Assembly: GCA_951406725.2 (NCBI GenBank)
Contig: OX597820.1
Span: forward strand, 34,534,001-34,598,000
Source of the DNA: Octopus vulgaris
Taxonomy: Eukaryota
Length of the DNA: 64,000 nt
Direction of reading: 5' to 3'
Under the pieces are notes generated by a model. That model was not told where the DNA came from. It worked only from the letters and a program-made list of their open reading frames with translations, and searched no databases. The stretch's first letter is position 1; each line of letters starts with the position of its first letter. This document shows positions 1 through 63,004 of the stretch, piece by piece. A program made the translations under genes and the position numbers.

Positions 1-166
1 CATTAACTAAAACTTATATTCCCCGAGTACATTGCAGAGTCAGGAGCTAAACGGATGATGTAAATCTGAGGTCAGTTTATATGTATATATACTATTAGCG
101 ATGTATTGAATGCGCGACACATCACAAAGAAACATACCGCTAACGCTTGAATTTCTATAACAAAAT

Positions 167-230
<64 letters not shown>

Positions 231-457
231 GCACGCACGCACGCACACGCACACACACACACACTCACTTTCTTTTTTTTTCGCTCTCTCTCTCTCCTTC
301 TCTCGGCCTCAGACACTTCATTGTCATAATGGTGAAGGCAAATATAAATTTCCCCAACAGAAAGACAAAATGAACACTCAAACAAGGCACAAGACATAGT
401 CCACAGTAACAGCGGTTTCTTATGGCTATAATAATGATAATAAAAATGATAATAATG

Positions 458-519
<62 letters not shown>

Positions 520-638
520 TGCAACAACAATAAGAAGAAAAAATAAATGCAAATGCAGTCTGTATTGCATCACATGCACAATTAGATCAGCCGATGAAGC
601 AGCATAGCAGTGAAACATTGCAAAGTTTAAGTCATTGG

Positions 639-703
<65 letters not shown>

Positions 704-864
704 GTATGTATGTATGTATGTATGTATCTGGACGCATCAGATTATATCTCGATATAACCTGAAATTTCATAATGCAGAAATCCATAAGGTGAAATGTATT
801 TCCTATTAGCTTCTATATCGCGAAGGAGCCAATGGGAATTTCATTTCAGGTTTCTCAATTCCAG

Positions 865-1250
865 GTTATGGTAAATCGATTACATCAACCCGATTACTTT
901 ACTGGTACTTATTTTATCGATCCCGAAAGGATGAATAGTAAAGTTGACCTAAGCGGAATTTGAACCCAGAATATAAAGCCGGACAAAATTCTGCTAAGCA
1001 TTTTGCCCGGCGTGGTTAACGATTCTACCAGCTCGCCGCCTTAATAATGATAATAATGGTTTCAAATTTTGCCACAAGGGCAGTCATTTTGGGTGAGGGG
1101 ATGAGTCGATTACATCAACCCCAGTATTCAACTGATACTTAATTTATCGACATTGAAAGGATAATAGGCAAAGTCGACCTCGGCAGAATTTGAACTCAGA
1201 ACGTAACGGCAGACGAAATACCGCTAAGCATTTCGCCCGACGTGCTAAAT
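865..1250 (-). mobile_element. Two Meta-domain SINE copies (dominant SINE of the window)
   Basis: Core gcctttcatcctttcggggtcgataaaataagtaccag. Further copies near 2560-2745, 4850-4980, 7330-7545, 10075-10290, 10940-11107, 19030-20010, 25890-26100, 29005-29200, 41850-42600, 48040-48230, 51520-51730 and 61190-62430. Confidence 0.85.
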
Positions 1251-1269
1251 AATAATAATAATAATAACG

Positions 1270-1790
1270 TAAATGTGTCCTCTGTTGGTATCTTTTGGTC
1301 CGGAAGGAGAGACTGTTTTCGTTTCTACCTGGTGTCTATGGCGAAAGAAGTTATATTTGTAGACTAAAAGGAATGAAGACATACTTTCCTTTTGACCAAG
1401 TCGTCATCGACTTCTTTTTAACTTCTATTTAAAATGAAAGTTGAAGGTGGAGAGAGGGATATCTTCCTACTTTCCTCAATAAATTTATTGAAAGGTGGGC
1501 GAATGAGGCAGGCGAGCATGGTCCAAGGAGCGGGCCTATTCTGAGCCTGCACCTGTAAGATGGAGAGATCAGTTTGAAGAGAGGCGTCTCCTTACGTTTC
1601 CCTTCAGATTCGGGGGAGGGGGCAGGGTTAATCCAGGATCAGTGGGGTTTCCTAGTTACCCCTTGATGTCATTCTCCCATATGGAGAGAATGACATTTGT
1701 TGTCATCAATTTTTTTGTTAATTGTATATATGTAAATCTTTCTGTCCTTTGTTCTAAATGCCGTTTGTGGCGTTTGCAGCCAATAAACAT
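1270..1790 (+). mobile_element. 3' end of an L1/Tx1-like LINE; related fragment at about 10490-10910
   Basis: Decayed AKEVI...KxKVxVERxxL...FIxRW-like terminus followed by a UTR ending in AATAAA. Confidence 0.55.
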
Positions 1791-2034
1791 CATCATGATC
1801 ATGATCATCTTTCAGTAATCTTATTTTTACCACGTACTTTCTCTGCACTATCGAGCGTAACAGTGTGTGCCTTGGGTATGTGCTGTGGTGTGTTAGTATT
1901 TTTACAGTATTTTACTGTCTTATTATCATTCTTCTTCTTCTTCTTCTTCTTCTTCTTCTTCTTCTTCTTCTTCTTCTTCTTCTTCTTCTTCTTCTTCTTC
2001 TTCTTCTTCTTCTTCTTCTTCTTCTTCTTCTTCA

Positions 2035-2498
2035 GTGAGAGAGCAGTGCATGCCATCAAAGTGACACTGGGGTAAAATATACGAAGCCCAGTATACCCAC
2101 CATGACTACCCGTCTGATAAGGGTACACCAGGCACATGCATCACAACCATATGTACGCGATATGGTGATCTTATATCAAGATAAACAGCGCATGACCTTT
2201 CAGGAGGGGCCCAGTTAGAATTTTCTTCTGGTCGAGTAGCCCATCCCGCTCAAAAGGTCCCTGAATAAGGATTGTTTAAGGATGTTGAACGAACCACCCA
2301 TGTTTGCAAATGTGAATTATCCAAACCTCCAAGAATTCCTTTCAACACACGGCTATGATGCTCCCCCACTACTTCTGCTCGTGATCAGAGATGCACATAT
2401 CGTCAGTCACTAAGGGACATACTCAACTGGTTATGGTCCAACAACTGACAAACAAATCTGTGATATTGGGCAGAATATTTGCTGTAGCTCATCTTTTA

Positions 2499-2500
<2 letters not shown>
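2035..2500 (+). repeat. (TAA)n-associated interspersed repeat; copies at 10321-10450 (+), 46073-46580 (+) and 47777-47921 (-)
   Basis: All copies share the end gagtgagagagcagtgcatgccatcaaagtgacactgggg next to a trinucleotide tract and are variably truncated at the other end. Confidence 0.85.
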
Positions 2501-2549
<49 letters not shown>

Positions 2550-2747
2550 CATTGTTAGCGCGCCCGACTAAACATTTAGTGGTATTTCGTCCGTTGTAAC
2601 GTTCTCAGCTCAAATTCTGCCGTGGTCGACTTTGCCTTTCTTCCTTTCGAGGTCAATAAATTAAGTACCAGTGAAACACTGGAGTCGATGCAATCGACTC
2701 ATCCCAACCCCCAAAATTGCTGCCCTTGTGGAGATATTTGAAACCGA

Positions 2748-2825
<78 letters not shown>

Positions 2826-3094
2826 GATGAAAATTCACAACTTATTTTGCTGGGTGTCAGCTGTCCACAACCAGCAGACTAAGGTGACACTTGATTACTG
2901 GTCATGCTTTAAGGACCCTGCAAAGAGTTCTTGCAGTTCCAAGCAATGCTGACTTTTGTTGGTGTTCTACCTTCACACTTGCACCAACCTTTTTCAGCCA
3001 TGCTGGTAGTTAAGCGCTGATACTTCCAAATGCGCCAATTACTATTGGTATTATGTCTACTCTCCTCATTGACCACAACCTTTGTATTTCCCAC

Positions 3095-3440
3095 TTAAAA
3101 TCGTCATAGTTGTTTATTTTTTTCTTCTTCCTTCTCAATGATCCTGTTGTTACCGGGACGTGCTATGTCGATTATCATGCATGTTCTTCCTTATTTTATT
3201 CACCACAACAATGTCCGGTTTCCGATATCTGGTCAGGTGATCGCACTGAATCATCGCATCCCACAGGATTTTGCAATTATCATTCTCGGTGACTCCTTCT
3301 GGGGTTTTCTCATAAGTACGTCTTTGCTTTTAGTAGGCCGTGATTTCCACAGAGCTCTCAATGGATCATTCTTGCCACATTGTCATGGCGTCTTTTGTAT
3401 TGTGCCAATTTCGGGCATTCGCTAACGATGTGCCATACAG
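3095..3440 (-). mobile_element. RLE-type (R4/Dong-like) LINE fragment in (TAA)n context; older relics at about 3640-4480
   Basis: HIVSECPKLAQYKRRHDNVARMIHWELC, KILWD, KPDIVVV and DIARPG read on the minus strand. Confidence 0.8.
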
Positions 3441-3462
3441 TTATCATCATCATCAATCATCA

Positions 3463-3532
<70 letters not shown>

Positions 3533-4517
3533 CATTATTACACATATGCACAACAGATTAAACTGTTGGAAAAGAGAACTTCCTAACATCGGGCCACAAC
3601 ATGAAACCTTGTTGTTATTATTATTATTATTATTGTTATAGTGTCATACGAGTTTCTACTGTACCACCTGGTGCACCTCCATATTTCTGAGGTGTGTGCA
3701 ACATTGTGTGTTCTTATTTGAGTAGGATTAAGTAAAGGGGGGGGGATATGACTCCACGTTTAGGTGTACTGCATTAGTGTACCTTTTTAATGGGATTTTA
3801 GTCTATAGTTTCTTATTATATTAGTGTTTCTTCTGTAGTGTGTGGCACTTTTATTGATGAGTAGTATTATTTTATTGGGTATTAATCTTATATATATTAT
3901 ATTCTACGCGAGTTGTTTTAGATTATTATATGCTGAATTTATAGGGTTTAAGCTATGTGTGAAGAATTTCGGTTTGAGTTATTCTAATGAGGCGATGATA
4001 TTTGCGCAGGATGTCGGCTCTTGTTTGCAGAGACATTTTTCGGGCAGTGTGTCGAGCCTTGAGTACTGGAATGGCTTCCTATGTTTCTTTGCATACATTT
4101 TAAATCATGCATAAACCAGCAATTACTATTTTTATTGATTCCGCCATCGTGTACTACATCAAGATCCTTGTATTTTGCCACGACTTTTCAGGTAATATTT
4201 ACCCCAGAAAGGATTCCAATATCTATCAGTGCGCCAGTGCGCATGTGTTTGCTGAGAAGAAATCGAGAGGTCGATCATCTGAAGAAATTGCATGCCTTTG
4301 CTTTCAACGCAGAGCCTCTATTCTGATCACTACTCCTAATTTTACCCTATTAATAGTTTTGGATATCCTTCATATAGAGACCCTTTTTACCCTTTCACTG
4401 TTATCTGTCATTGCTGTTACTTTCCTTTATTCTTGAAGTAAGATCTTCTATTCTTGTACGTGGTCTTTGTAATGTTCTTCACCTCCAACGTCTTTAGCCA
4501 TAAAGAAAATATTATTA

Positions 4518-4578
<61 letters not shown>

Positions 4579-4610
4579 CATCATCATTGTTATTGTTGTT
4601 GATATTATTA

Positions 4611-4675
<65 letters not shown>

Positions 4676-4707
4676 CATCATCATTGTTATTGTTGTCGAT
4701 ATTATCA

Positions 4708-4772
<65 letters not shown>

Positions 4773-4981
4773 CATTATCATTTTTATTCTCATTATTATT
4801 ACTTTTATTATTCTTATTATTATTACTATTATTATTCTCATTATTCTTATTGTTAATTCCGCTGAGGTCGATTTTACTTTTCATCTTTACACAAAATGAG
4901 CACCAGTCGAGCACTGGGATCGAATTAATCGACTTACCCCTCCCCCGAACTTTGCTGGCCTTGTACCAAAATTTGAAATCA

Positions 4982-5012
<31 letters not shown>

Positions 5013-5257
5013 TATTAAAGCTATTGATGTCGTTATTGTTGCGGTGATGGTAGTAGTTTTGCTGTTAATTAGTCAATTAATTAACATTGTTTCTGTACAG
5101 ATAAATTCCTTAAGAGGATGGGTGGGGTGGGGCGACGTTGATGATATAAATGTCAGTGCTAAAGTGGTGGTGGCGGTGGTGGTTGTGATTGTGGAGTTTG
5201 CGTCGATGTTTTTAATCTGTGTTTATAATTTGTAAATAAAATAAAACGTTGCCGGTC

Positions 5258-53493
<48,236 letters not shown>

Positions 53494-53647
53494 CTGTGTA
53501 ATATAAAGATAAAAATCATTATGGAAAATAGAAACATTATGAAAAAATAAATAAGCAATAGATTTCATAGCGTGTCAATAATGAATTGTCTTTTGTAATC
53601 AATATTTTATTAGACTCATATCAATTTTATCAAAGGCTACTGATCTT

Positions 53648-53679
<32 letters not shown>

Positions 53680-53789
53680 TGTATGTATGTATGTATGTAT
53701 GTATCTTTGTATGTATGTATGTATGAATATGTGCAGATTTGTATGTTTTGCCTTATGTGAGTATTTTCATGCACATAGTTGCATATCTA

Positions 53790-54092
53790 GAGATGCTCAT
53801 ATATATTTAAATGATAAACCTCTGGAAAGTTTTACAGATTTTTACAGTGAAGGATTGGATCTGTAGTCTTCGAATTAGCTTTCTCCTTTCTGGTTCTGAG
53901 AAGCCTAATTTCTCAAGATTGATATTTAGACAATGTGTCCCAATAATTACAGGTATAAACCTGAACTTGTTATCTGGATAGAATAACTGCAGATTTCTCG
54001 ATAGTTCAGCGTAGGTATTTTCCTTTTCACAGATCTTCAGTTTTATGTTAACATCCGCTGGGCAGCTAATTTCCACAACTATGCACAGTTTC
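53790..54092 (-). mobile_element. Second RLE-type LINE 3' fragment, related subfamily
   Basis: VEISCPADVNIKLKICEKENTY...FIPVIIG...VKICKTF. Confidence 0.8.
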
Positions 54093-54339
54093 TCATGTAT
54101 GTATGTATGTATGTATGTATGTATGTATGTATGTATGTATGTATGTATGTATGTATGTATGTATGTATGTATGAATGTGTGTGTGTGTATGTATGTATGT
54201 ATGTATGTATGTATGTATGTATGTATGTATTATGTATATCTCTTTTTTTTAATTATTATAAATCTTCCACTGAGGAGGGAGCCGGTTTCCGACAAAGATA
54301 CAAGGCTCTGTTTTTGAGATGTAGTTAACAGAGACAAAT

Positions 54340-54990
54340 TCACATTTGGAACCTGAGAAAAATCTTGCATATTTTTACTGCACCACTCACAGTCTGCACT
54401 TGTAATGTACTAATTTGCCGGTCGATTTCTCTTTCTGAAAATCCCAGTTTATCCAGATTCTCCTTTAAGCATTTACTAAAAAAGAAAAAAAAACCTAGTG
54501 CTCCAATTATTATTGGTATGAATATAAATTCATATTCCGGATATCGAAGCTGGAGGTTTCGAAGCAGTATCGTCATTTTCTTTGATTTTCAAAGAGATAT
54601 TTTTATCTGCAGGGCAGCTGACCTCTATGACAGTAAATACCTTTACCCCTCTGTCCCAAATAACAATATCCGGCCTGTTATGTTTACATTACCAGTATTC
54701 CTTGAGTTGGTGTTTATGACTGCATTCCATAGCAGAGGGATTTTCTAAGTTTAATTCAGGATAGTCCTTTTTGCGAATGGCATTGTAAATTGTTTTAGCG
54801 ACAACATCGTTCCACGTAGGGAGGTAGTACCGTGACGACATTTTAGGACAGCTGCTAATCACATGCATGATGTTTTCCACAGAAAAATGACATAGCCTAT
54901 ACATGCAGTTGCCCATGGGAGTGCAAGAGCGTCACTATCTTTTTTTGTTCCCCAAGTACTTTGTGACAATCTCCTGTTCCTGGATTGCCT
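54340..54990 (-). mobile_element. RLE-type non-LTR retrotransposon 3' fragment (CCHC knuckle + PD-(D/E)xK endonuclease)
   Basis: IQEQEIVTKY, RLCHFSVENIMHVISSCPKM, HNRPDIVIWD...EVSCPAD and FIPIIIGALG. Confidence 0.85.
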
Positions 54991-55349
54991 TAAAAATGTC
55001 ATAGCGTTTCAATCAATACAAACACACGTACGCTATCTGTGACATATACACGCACATAGTCTTCGCACTCTCTAAGAACAAAAAAAAACAAACAAAAAAA
55101 ACCGTCGATTTTTTTGACGTACACAATATTTTAATCATTTAAAAATATTTCTGAATGGGATTTCAAAAATGTAAGCTGTTTGTACAGTAAGTATTTAAAT
55201 TTTAGCTTTCTTTAAACAGACAATATTTTAATGCTTTTCCGTTAATTTCCGTAATTTTTTTATTTATTTACTTTTGTCTTAAAGTGAAAGAGAGGAGAAC
55301 GTGAAAGATGTATGTATATGTATATGAAATGGACATGTATGTGTGAAAG

Positions 55350-55388
<39 letters not shown>

Positions 55389-55847
55389 TAAAGGGGTGTG
55401 TTGTCATATATACGTACATACATTAATACATATGCGTACATCTTTTTTTGTATGTACGTGTGCATGTGTGTGTGTGTGTGTGTCTGTGTGTCTGTGTAAT
55501 AGAGAGATAGTGAGTGAGTGAAAGTGAGTGTTCTCATGTATGTGTAAGTGGCACTCTCTCTCTCTTTTTAACATTTGTGAATATACTATATACATCTACA
55601 AAATATTATAATTAGTAAACTGATAAATGAATATAAAAATTAAAATAAATCCACCCTGAATCATAGCAACATATGTCTCTCTCACTAATCCAATAAGAAT
55701 CATCCATAGAATTTAGCTTCTTATATGAAATTTACTTAGTTTTATTTATTTATTTATTTATTTATTTATTTTTCATTTTTATTTTTCTATTCATTTATCT
55801 GTTTACTAATTATAATAACAACCAACTTCCAAATATACACATACACA

Positions 55848-56312
<465 letters not shown>

Positions 56313-57290
56313 ATATATATATATATATATATATATAACAAATACTTGAGGTAATTTTCCATCATTTTTTAATATCTTATAATTATGTCGTGTAGCCGAA
56401 AGACGTTAATAACTAACTGCGTCGTTTATTTTATGTACTTGTTTTCGTTAGCGTCCTTGCTTCCCTGTTTTCTAAGCACTTGCCTCATTCTGTCCTTTAT
56501 ATCTGCTCATATATCTCAGCAACGTTTAGCTACTGAAGCCACGAAAAGTGAACGAGCTTATCGATAATGGAGCCAAATTGTGAGCATTTTCAGTTGTCTA
56601 CGTAATTTATGCGTCTTTTCCTATTTTCCATGTGTTCCTTTGTCGTTTTCCCGAGCAACATTTTACTGTCTCCGCCTCTGTCTCCGTTACTGTCTCTATG
56701 TCTCTCTCTATGTATATGCATGTATATATATATCTCGTATATATATATCTGTAGAGTAATATATGGATTTATAGAATCATGTGGCTATCACGGAAAGTTC
56801 CTCCTGTGGACTCAGGTAACAAACCATGTTGTGATCTTAAACAGAAAAGTATAATGCAGAGTTCTATGTAGTTGAACCTCAGGAGATCCAAACGCTGAAA
56901 TTAGTTCATGGGGAGTATATAAACCATACTAAGTCAGGAAGTATGAGAGGAATATGTTTATTTCACTACTTGTCATCCTTAGTGTTACGGCTGTTTCGTA
57001 GCTTTTATCATGTTATAATAATTTCAGTGTATAATAAATTATTTTACATGTCTGCATTCATATGCTTGCTACGCATTGTACAATACAATCGCATATTTAC
57101 AAATCAATGCAGATAAAAAAAGTTGGCTCATCAGATCACCAGAACATTAGCGTTACACCAGTTCTTGTAGCTCTCCTCTCTCTCTCCTTCTCCTCTCTCT
57201 CTCTCTCTACATATATATATTTAGAGAGAAAGATACTTATAATATATATATATATGAATATATGTGTGTATGTATGTATATATATGTATA

Positions 57291-57367
<77 letters not shown>

Positions 57368-58342
57368 AAACGCGCACACACATATATATATGTATGTTTG
57401 TACACACACACACACACACACATACACACACTAGATTGCGCTAGAGCCGTTGCCGATGCCTCGTCACCGTCATTGATCACATTTCGAAAGAACCGGTGTA
57501 ATTCATATCTGATAACATCTGGCAGCTATGTTTAATCGTACATTCAGCAGCATTTTCATGTACTTTATATATACAATATATTCTGATCGATTTCTAAGAC
57601 AATGGTAGAAAGTTAATTTTTGTTTAATTTATAATAGACAAACTGCAGCAACATCAACAACAACAACAACCAAAAAAATGGTAAGGCATTGTGCAATTTC
57701 TATGCATGAATCAATATGTCTATAGTCATATATGGACATATTCAGATACGGTCTTATGCAGATACGGCCCTATTCTAATGTGTAATCAATAACGAAACGC
57801 CGACAACGTTAGTGCAAATTATATAAATATATCTAGTTGTGGTATAAAATTTTCATTGATAATGATTTAGGATTTCGTGCTCTATGATCAATTCAAAGAG
57901 TTTGTACGAAAGTCAGGCTGTGTATAATTCATAAGCTGTTATAGTTAATTTGTTTATCCGCGTAATTACCACCACCTGGATTTATCTTACAGTTACTCTT
58001 TACCCTGCGGAACTGGTTCAAAGTAAAGACATCGGGGTCTAAGTTCGAATCATTTGATCGCTACAAAATGTTTTCTATACCGAGAATATCTGGATCTCAT
58101 CTGCTGACTATATCAAGTTTATATTGTATATAAAAACGTAGCTGTAATATTTTATCTCTTAGAAACTTCTCGAGCAGACTTGTGTGTTAAAAATAAAAAA
58201 TAAAAAATAAACACAGAGCGGGGTCAGAATTACGCAAGTGGATCGTTAGACACCGATATGTCGGCCTAACATGAACACCTTAGTGGCGAACATCACCAGA
58301 CATTCTGAAAAAAGTCGGAATTTTCGCTCCTATATAAAAATA

Positions 58343-58922
58343 TTCTTTTCTACTCTAAGCACAAGGCCAAAAACTTTTGGGGAGGAAGCCCAGTTGATTA
58401 GATTGACCACAGTACGCAACTGGTACTTACTTTATCGACCCCGAAAGGATGAAAGGCAAAATCGACCTCGGCGGAATTTGAACTCAGAACACGAAGACAG
58501 ACGAAATACCTATTTCTTTACTATCCACAATGGGCTAAACACAGAGAGGACGAACAAGAACAGACAAACGGATTAAGTCGATTATATCGATCCCAGTGCG
58601 TAACTGGTACTTACTTTATCGACCCCGAAAGGATAAAAGGCTAAGTCGACCTCGGCGGAATTTGAACTCAGAACGTAACAGCAGACGAAATACCTATTTC
58701 CTTACTACCCACAAGGGGCTAAACACAGAGAGGACGAACAAGAACAGACAAACGGATTAAGTCGATTATATCGATCCCAGTGCGTAACTGGTACTTATTT
58801 AATCGACCCCGAAAGGATGAAAGGCAAAGTCGACCTCGGCGGAATTTGAACTCAGAACGTAACGGCAGACAAAATACCGCTAAGCATTTCGCCCGACATA
58901 CTAACGTTTCTTTCAGCTCGCC
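58343..58922 (-). mobile_element. Multimeric Meta-domain SINE (about 3 tandem ~187-nt units)
   Basis: Three repeats of ...aactggtacttactttatcgaccccgaaagga...gaactcagaac...; a dimer of the same type lies at 62070-62430 (+). Confidence 0.85.
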
Positions 58923-59497
58923 GGTTTCCTATATAAAAATATTAAATAAGGCATACATTGATTTGTAGTGAAGCTGCCTAAGCTTAAATGAAGTTAATAT
59001 ACTCTTGAAAGAGCATTCGATTAACAAAGTTGTCTGTAACATTTATAATTCTTCGAATATGTAGGAATGAAACGTTGTGTAAAGCATTATACACAAAGAT
59101 AGAACAGCGCTAGCTGTAATATTTTGTCATGGAGAAACTTCTTTTAAGTGACTTAATATGTTAAAAATAGTGCTTGCTCAGAATAACAACACTTGCTCGT
59201 TAGACACCAATATATCGGCCTGATTTGATCTCCTCCGTATTGACCACTCAAATTTTCTTTCCTATATAGAAACCAATGTGGTTGAAGAGTCTTTGTATAA
59301 CTTCTTTTTCAAAGATAACGTACAAATATGATGTAAATCGTTGATATAATCACGTGGACACTAAAGAGAATGTGGCGGGGTGGCGTCAATTGACGGTTAA
59401 AACAATGCGAAGCGCTTTGTGACCTGCGATGCGTAGCAATATCTGATAGCCTAGTCGGTCACGTGATCATATACATATATATATGTGTGTGTATATG

Positions 59498-59561
<64 letters not shown>

Positions 59562-59661
59562 CACACAAACACGTATATATACATACATACATACATACAT
59601 ACATACATACATACATACATACATACATGTATATATATATGTCTGTATATCTATGTATACA

Positions 59662-60186
59662 CAGTAATCCCTCGCCATATCGCGGTTCACCTATCGCGGT
59701 TTATTATTTAAACTTACGTCTTTTCTTCCGCGGTTTTGTTTTGCATTTATAATAAAATAAATATATACAAATTAAAAAAAAATATAGGTGTGGCAATAGA
59801 CGCAGGAGTTGCTGTGTGGCACCTTGGGCAAGTGTCTTCTACTCTAGCCTAGAGCCGACCAAAGCCTTGTGAGTGGATTTGGTAGACGGAAACTGAAAGA
59901 AGCTCGCCGTATATGTTTATGTACGTGTGTGTGTGTGTATGTTTGTGTGTCTGTGTTTGTCCCACCACCATCGCTTGACAACCGATGCTAGTGTTTACGT
60001 CTCCGTAACTTAGCGGTTCGGCAAAATAGACCGATAGAATAAGTACTAGGCTCCAACATGGCCACAGTCAAATGACTGAAACAAGTAAAAGTGTAAAAAA
60101 AGTACAGTACTGTTTCTACTTCGCGGATTTTCACCAATTGCGTGGGGTTTTGGAACGTAACACCCTCGATAGTCGAGAGATTATTG
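59662..60186. mobile_element. pogo/Tigger-like MITE interrupted by a SINE (about 59798-60092)
   Basis: Ends cagtaatccctcg / cgagagattattg; repeated tcgcgg subterminal motif. Confidence 0.7.
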
Positions 60187-60299
60187 TATACATATATAAG
60201 AACTGATATTTGAGTGGGTGTACAATTAGATATAAATCGTAGTTTCATGTGGATATTAATATAACCATAAGTACATGTCATACAACATACGTCTGTCTG

Positions 60300-60386
<87 letters not shown>

Positions 60387-60439
60387 GCATGACTCTCTCT
60401 CTCTCTTTCTCCACACACACCCACAAATATGTGGTGTGT

Positions 60440-60502
<63 letters not shown>

Positions 60503-62922
60503 TGAAATCTTTGTGTGATATTCTCGAAGCAATCTGATCTATGAAATCGAAGAGGAATCTTGGACGCCACTGAAATGCAATTTTATATAAAACGAAGTAT
60601 AATTGTTTCCGTTATGTTTTTCTCTCATATCTCGATCTAAAAGATCTTTGTCAAATAATACAGTTAAACCCCACCACACACACAGAGTTTATTCAGTTAG
60701 CTGACAAGGTAGGTCTGAAAGTGTTGCATCACCACTGCATAAATGTTTCCTACCAACGTGTCATGCTTTCAGTTAACTGTAATCGCTTTTCGTTTTGGTG
60801 AAACTTAAAAATATCTTCCACAGTTTTCGGTTTTGTCGTGAAGTTACCATTTACGACAAGTTAACGACAATTTATCGTCGTCTCTGAGATGTTAGCAATA
60901 GTTAGCTGGCTAAGTGAAATCTAAAACAAAAAATATTTCTTTCCGTTTCTCTCAAGTTCATCTCACCAGATGGCGTATCATTTTAGAGAGGTGTCAGAGA
61001 TATTCGCCAACTTACATATTAAAGAAAAAGGTTAGCGCTTTTAAAGAGAATATCTGTTCCCTTTCCTACATGAAAATACTTCGAAAATATCTTACAAATC
61101 AGTTTTATGAACAATGTTATACCTAATTGGGACGAAACAGGAAAGAAACGATGATATGGAATTTTAAAAGATTCGATCGGTCAGATAACTCTTTCTAATC
61201 TTAAGGCCAACAGTTTTGAGGGAAAGGGGCAAGCTTAGTACATCGCTCCTACTAGTTGACCAGTACTTTATTTACTGATCCCGAAAGGTTATAAGGCAAA
61301 TTTGTACTCAGTACGTAAAAAGCAGGAAGCAATGGCGCTATGTATTTTGCCCAACGCGCTAACAGTTTTGCCCGCTCGCTGCCTTTTCAATGATAATAGT
61401 ACTAGTAGTCTCTGATTTAGGCGCAAGGTTAGCGGTTTTTGAATACGGGGATTAACAGATACAACCGACCCTAGTACTTTGAGGGGAAGGAGCAAGTCAA
61501 TTTCATCGACCCTTGTACGCGGCACCCGAAAGGATGAAAGGCAAAGTTGACCTCAGTGCGATTTCAATTCAGAACATTAAGAACGGGGAGAAATACCACC
61601 AAGCATTTTGACCGATAATATTAGCATAAGACAAGGTAGCGAACTGGCAGAATCGTTAGCACGCCGGGAAATGTGCTTAGCGGCATTTCGTCTATCTTTA
61701 CGTTCTGAGTTCAAATTCCGCCGAGGTCGACTTTGTTTTTCATCCTTTCGGGGTCAATAAAATAAGTACCAATTGAGTACTAGGGGTCAATCTAATTGAC
61801 TTAGCCCCTCCACCAAAATTTCAAGCCCTTGTGCCTATAGTAGAAAGGATTCTTCTTCTTCTTCTTCTTCTTCTTCTTCTTCTTCTTCTTCTTCTTCTTC
61901 TTCTTCTTCTTCTTCTTCTTCTTCTTCTTCTTCTTCTTCTTCTTCTTCTTCTTTCTTCTTCTTCTCCTCCTCCTCCTCCTCCTCCTTCTTCTTCTTCTTC
62001 TTCTTCTTCTTCTTCTTCTTCTTCTTCTTCTTCTTCTTCTTCTTCTTCTTCTTCTTCTTCTCATTAACAAGGTGATGAGCTGGCAAAATAGTTTGCATGC
62101 CAGGCAAAATGCCTAGCGGTATTTCGTCTGCCGCTACGTTCTGAGTTCAAATTCCGCCGAGGTCGACTTTGCCTTTCATGCTTTCGGGGTCGATTAAATA
62201 AGTACCAGTTAGGCACTGGGGTCGCTATAATCGACTTAATCCGTTTGTCTGTCCTTGTTTGCCCTCTCTGTGTTTAGCCCCTTGTGGATCGTAAAGAAAT
62301 AGGTATTTCGTCCGTTTTTAGTTCTGAGTTCAAATCTATCAGAGGTCGACTTAGCCTTTCATCCTTTCGAGGTCGATACGATAAGTACCAGAATTTGCTG
62401 GTTTTGTGCCAAAATTTGAAACCTATATTAGCATCACACAGAAAAAATGATTTATCAGCTTCTTGCGGTGCAAACGTTTTGACAAGCAGAAAATTGTGAT
62501 ATGTACTTCTATGTTTTACCATAATAGAGGATTGTAGATCACCAAAAGCAAGAATAGACGGGTGGTAATACATCCAATCTCGGTTCGACAGTTAGCGTTG
62601 TAATATATTTTCATGTTATTTTTTTGGTTTTACTGTATTATTTGACGAAGATTGCTTAGTTCGAATTATTATGACTGAAAAAATAACACTTTCTTTTATA
62701 TGATAAGAAAAAAACTGTGACGTTCATATTTCTGTTCCTAAAACTTAAATATATATACGAATGTATGTGTGCTGCACAGACAGACAGACAGACAGACAGA
62801 CACGCACACACACACACACACGACTACACATATACCTAGATACATATATACATTGTATGCATGCATGCATCTATGTATACCTATATATAATTATCACATA
62901 TATATAATTATCTCTTTCTCAC

Positions 62923-63004
<82 letters not shown>

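Noticed and set aside
57430-57518. Possible further 5' exon of the GPCR ([29 protein letters not shown])
   Set aside because: Phase-compatible, but the pyrimidine tract is poor, the donor lies inside a (GT)n tract and there is no recognisable GAIN motif. Needs RNA evidence.
58343-58922. Regularly spaced repeats suggestive of a CRISPR-like array
   Set aside because: Entire units including the 'spacers' are repeated, the context is eukaryotic and there are no cas genes; it is a SINE multimer.
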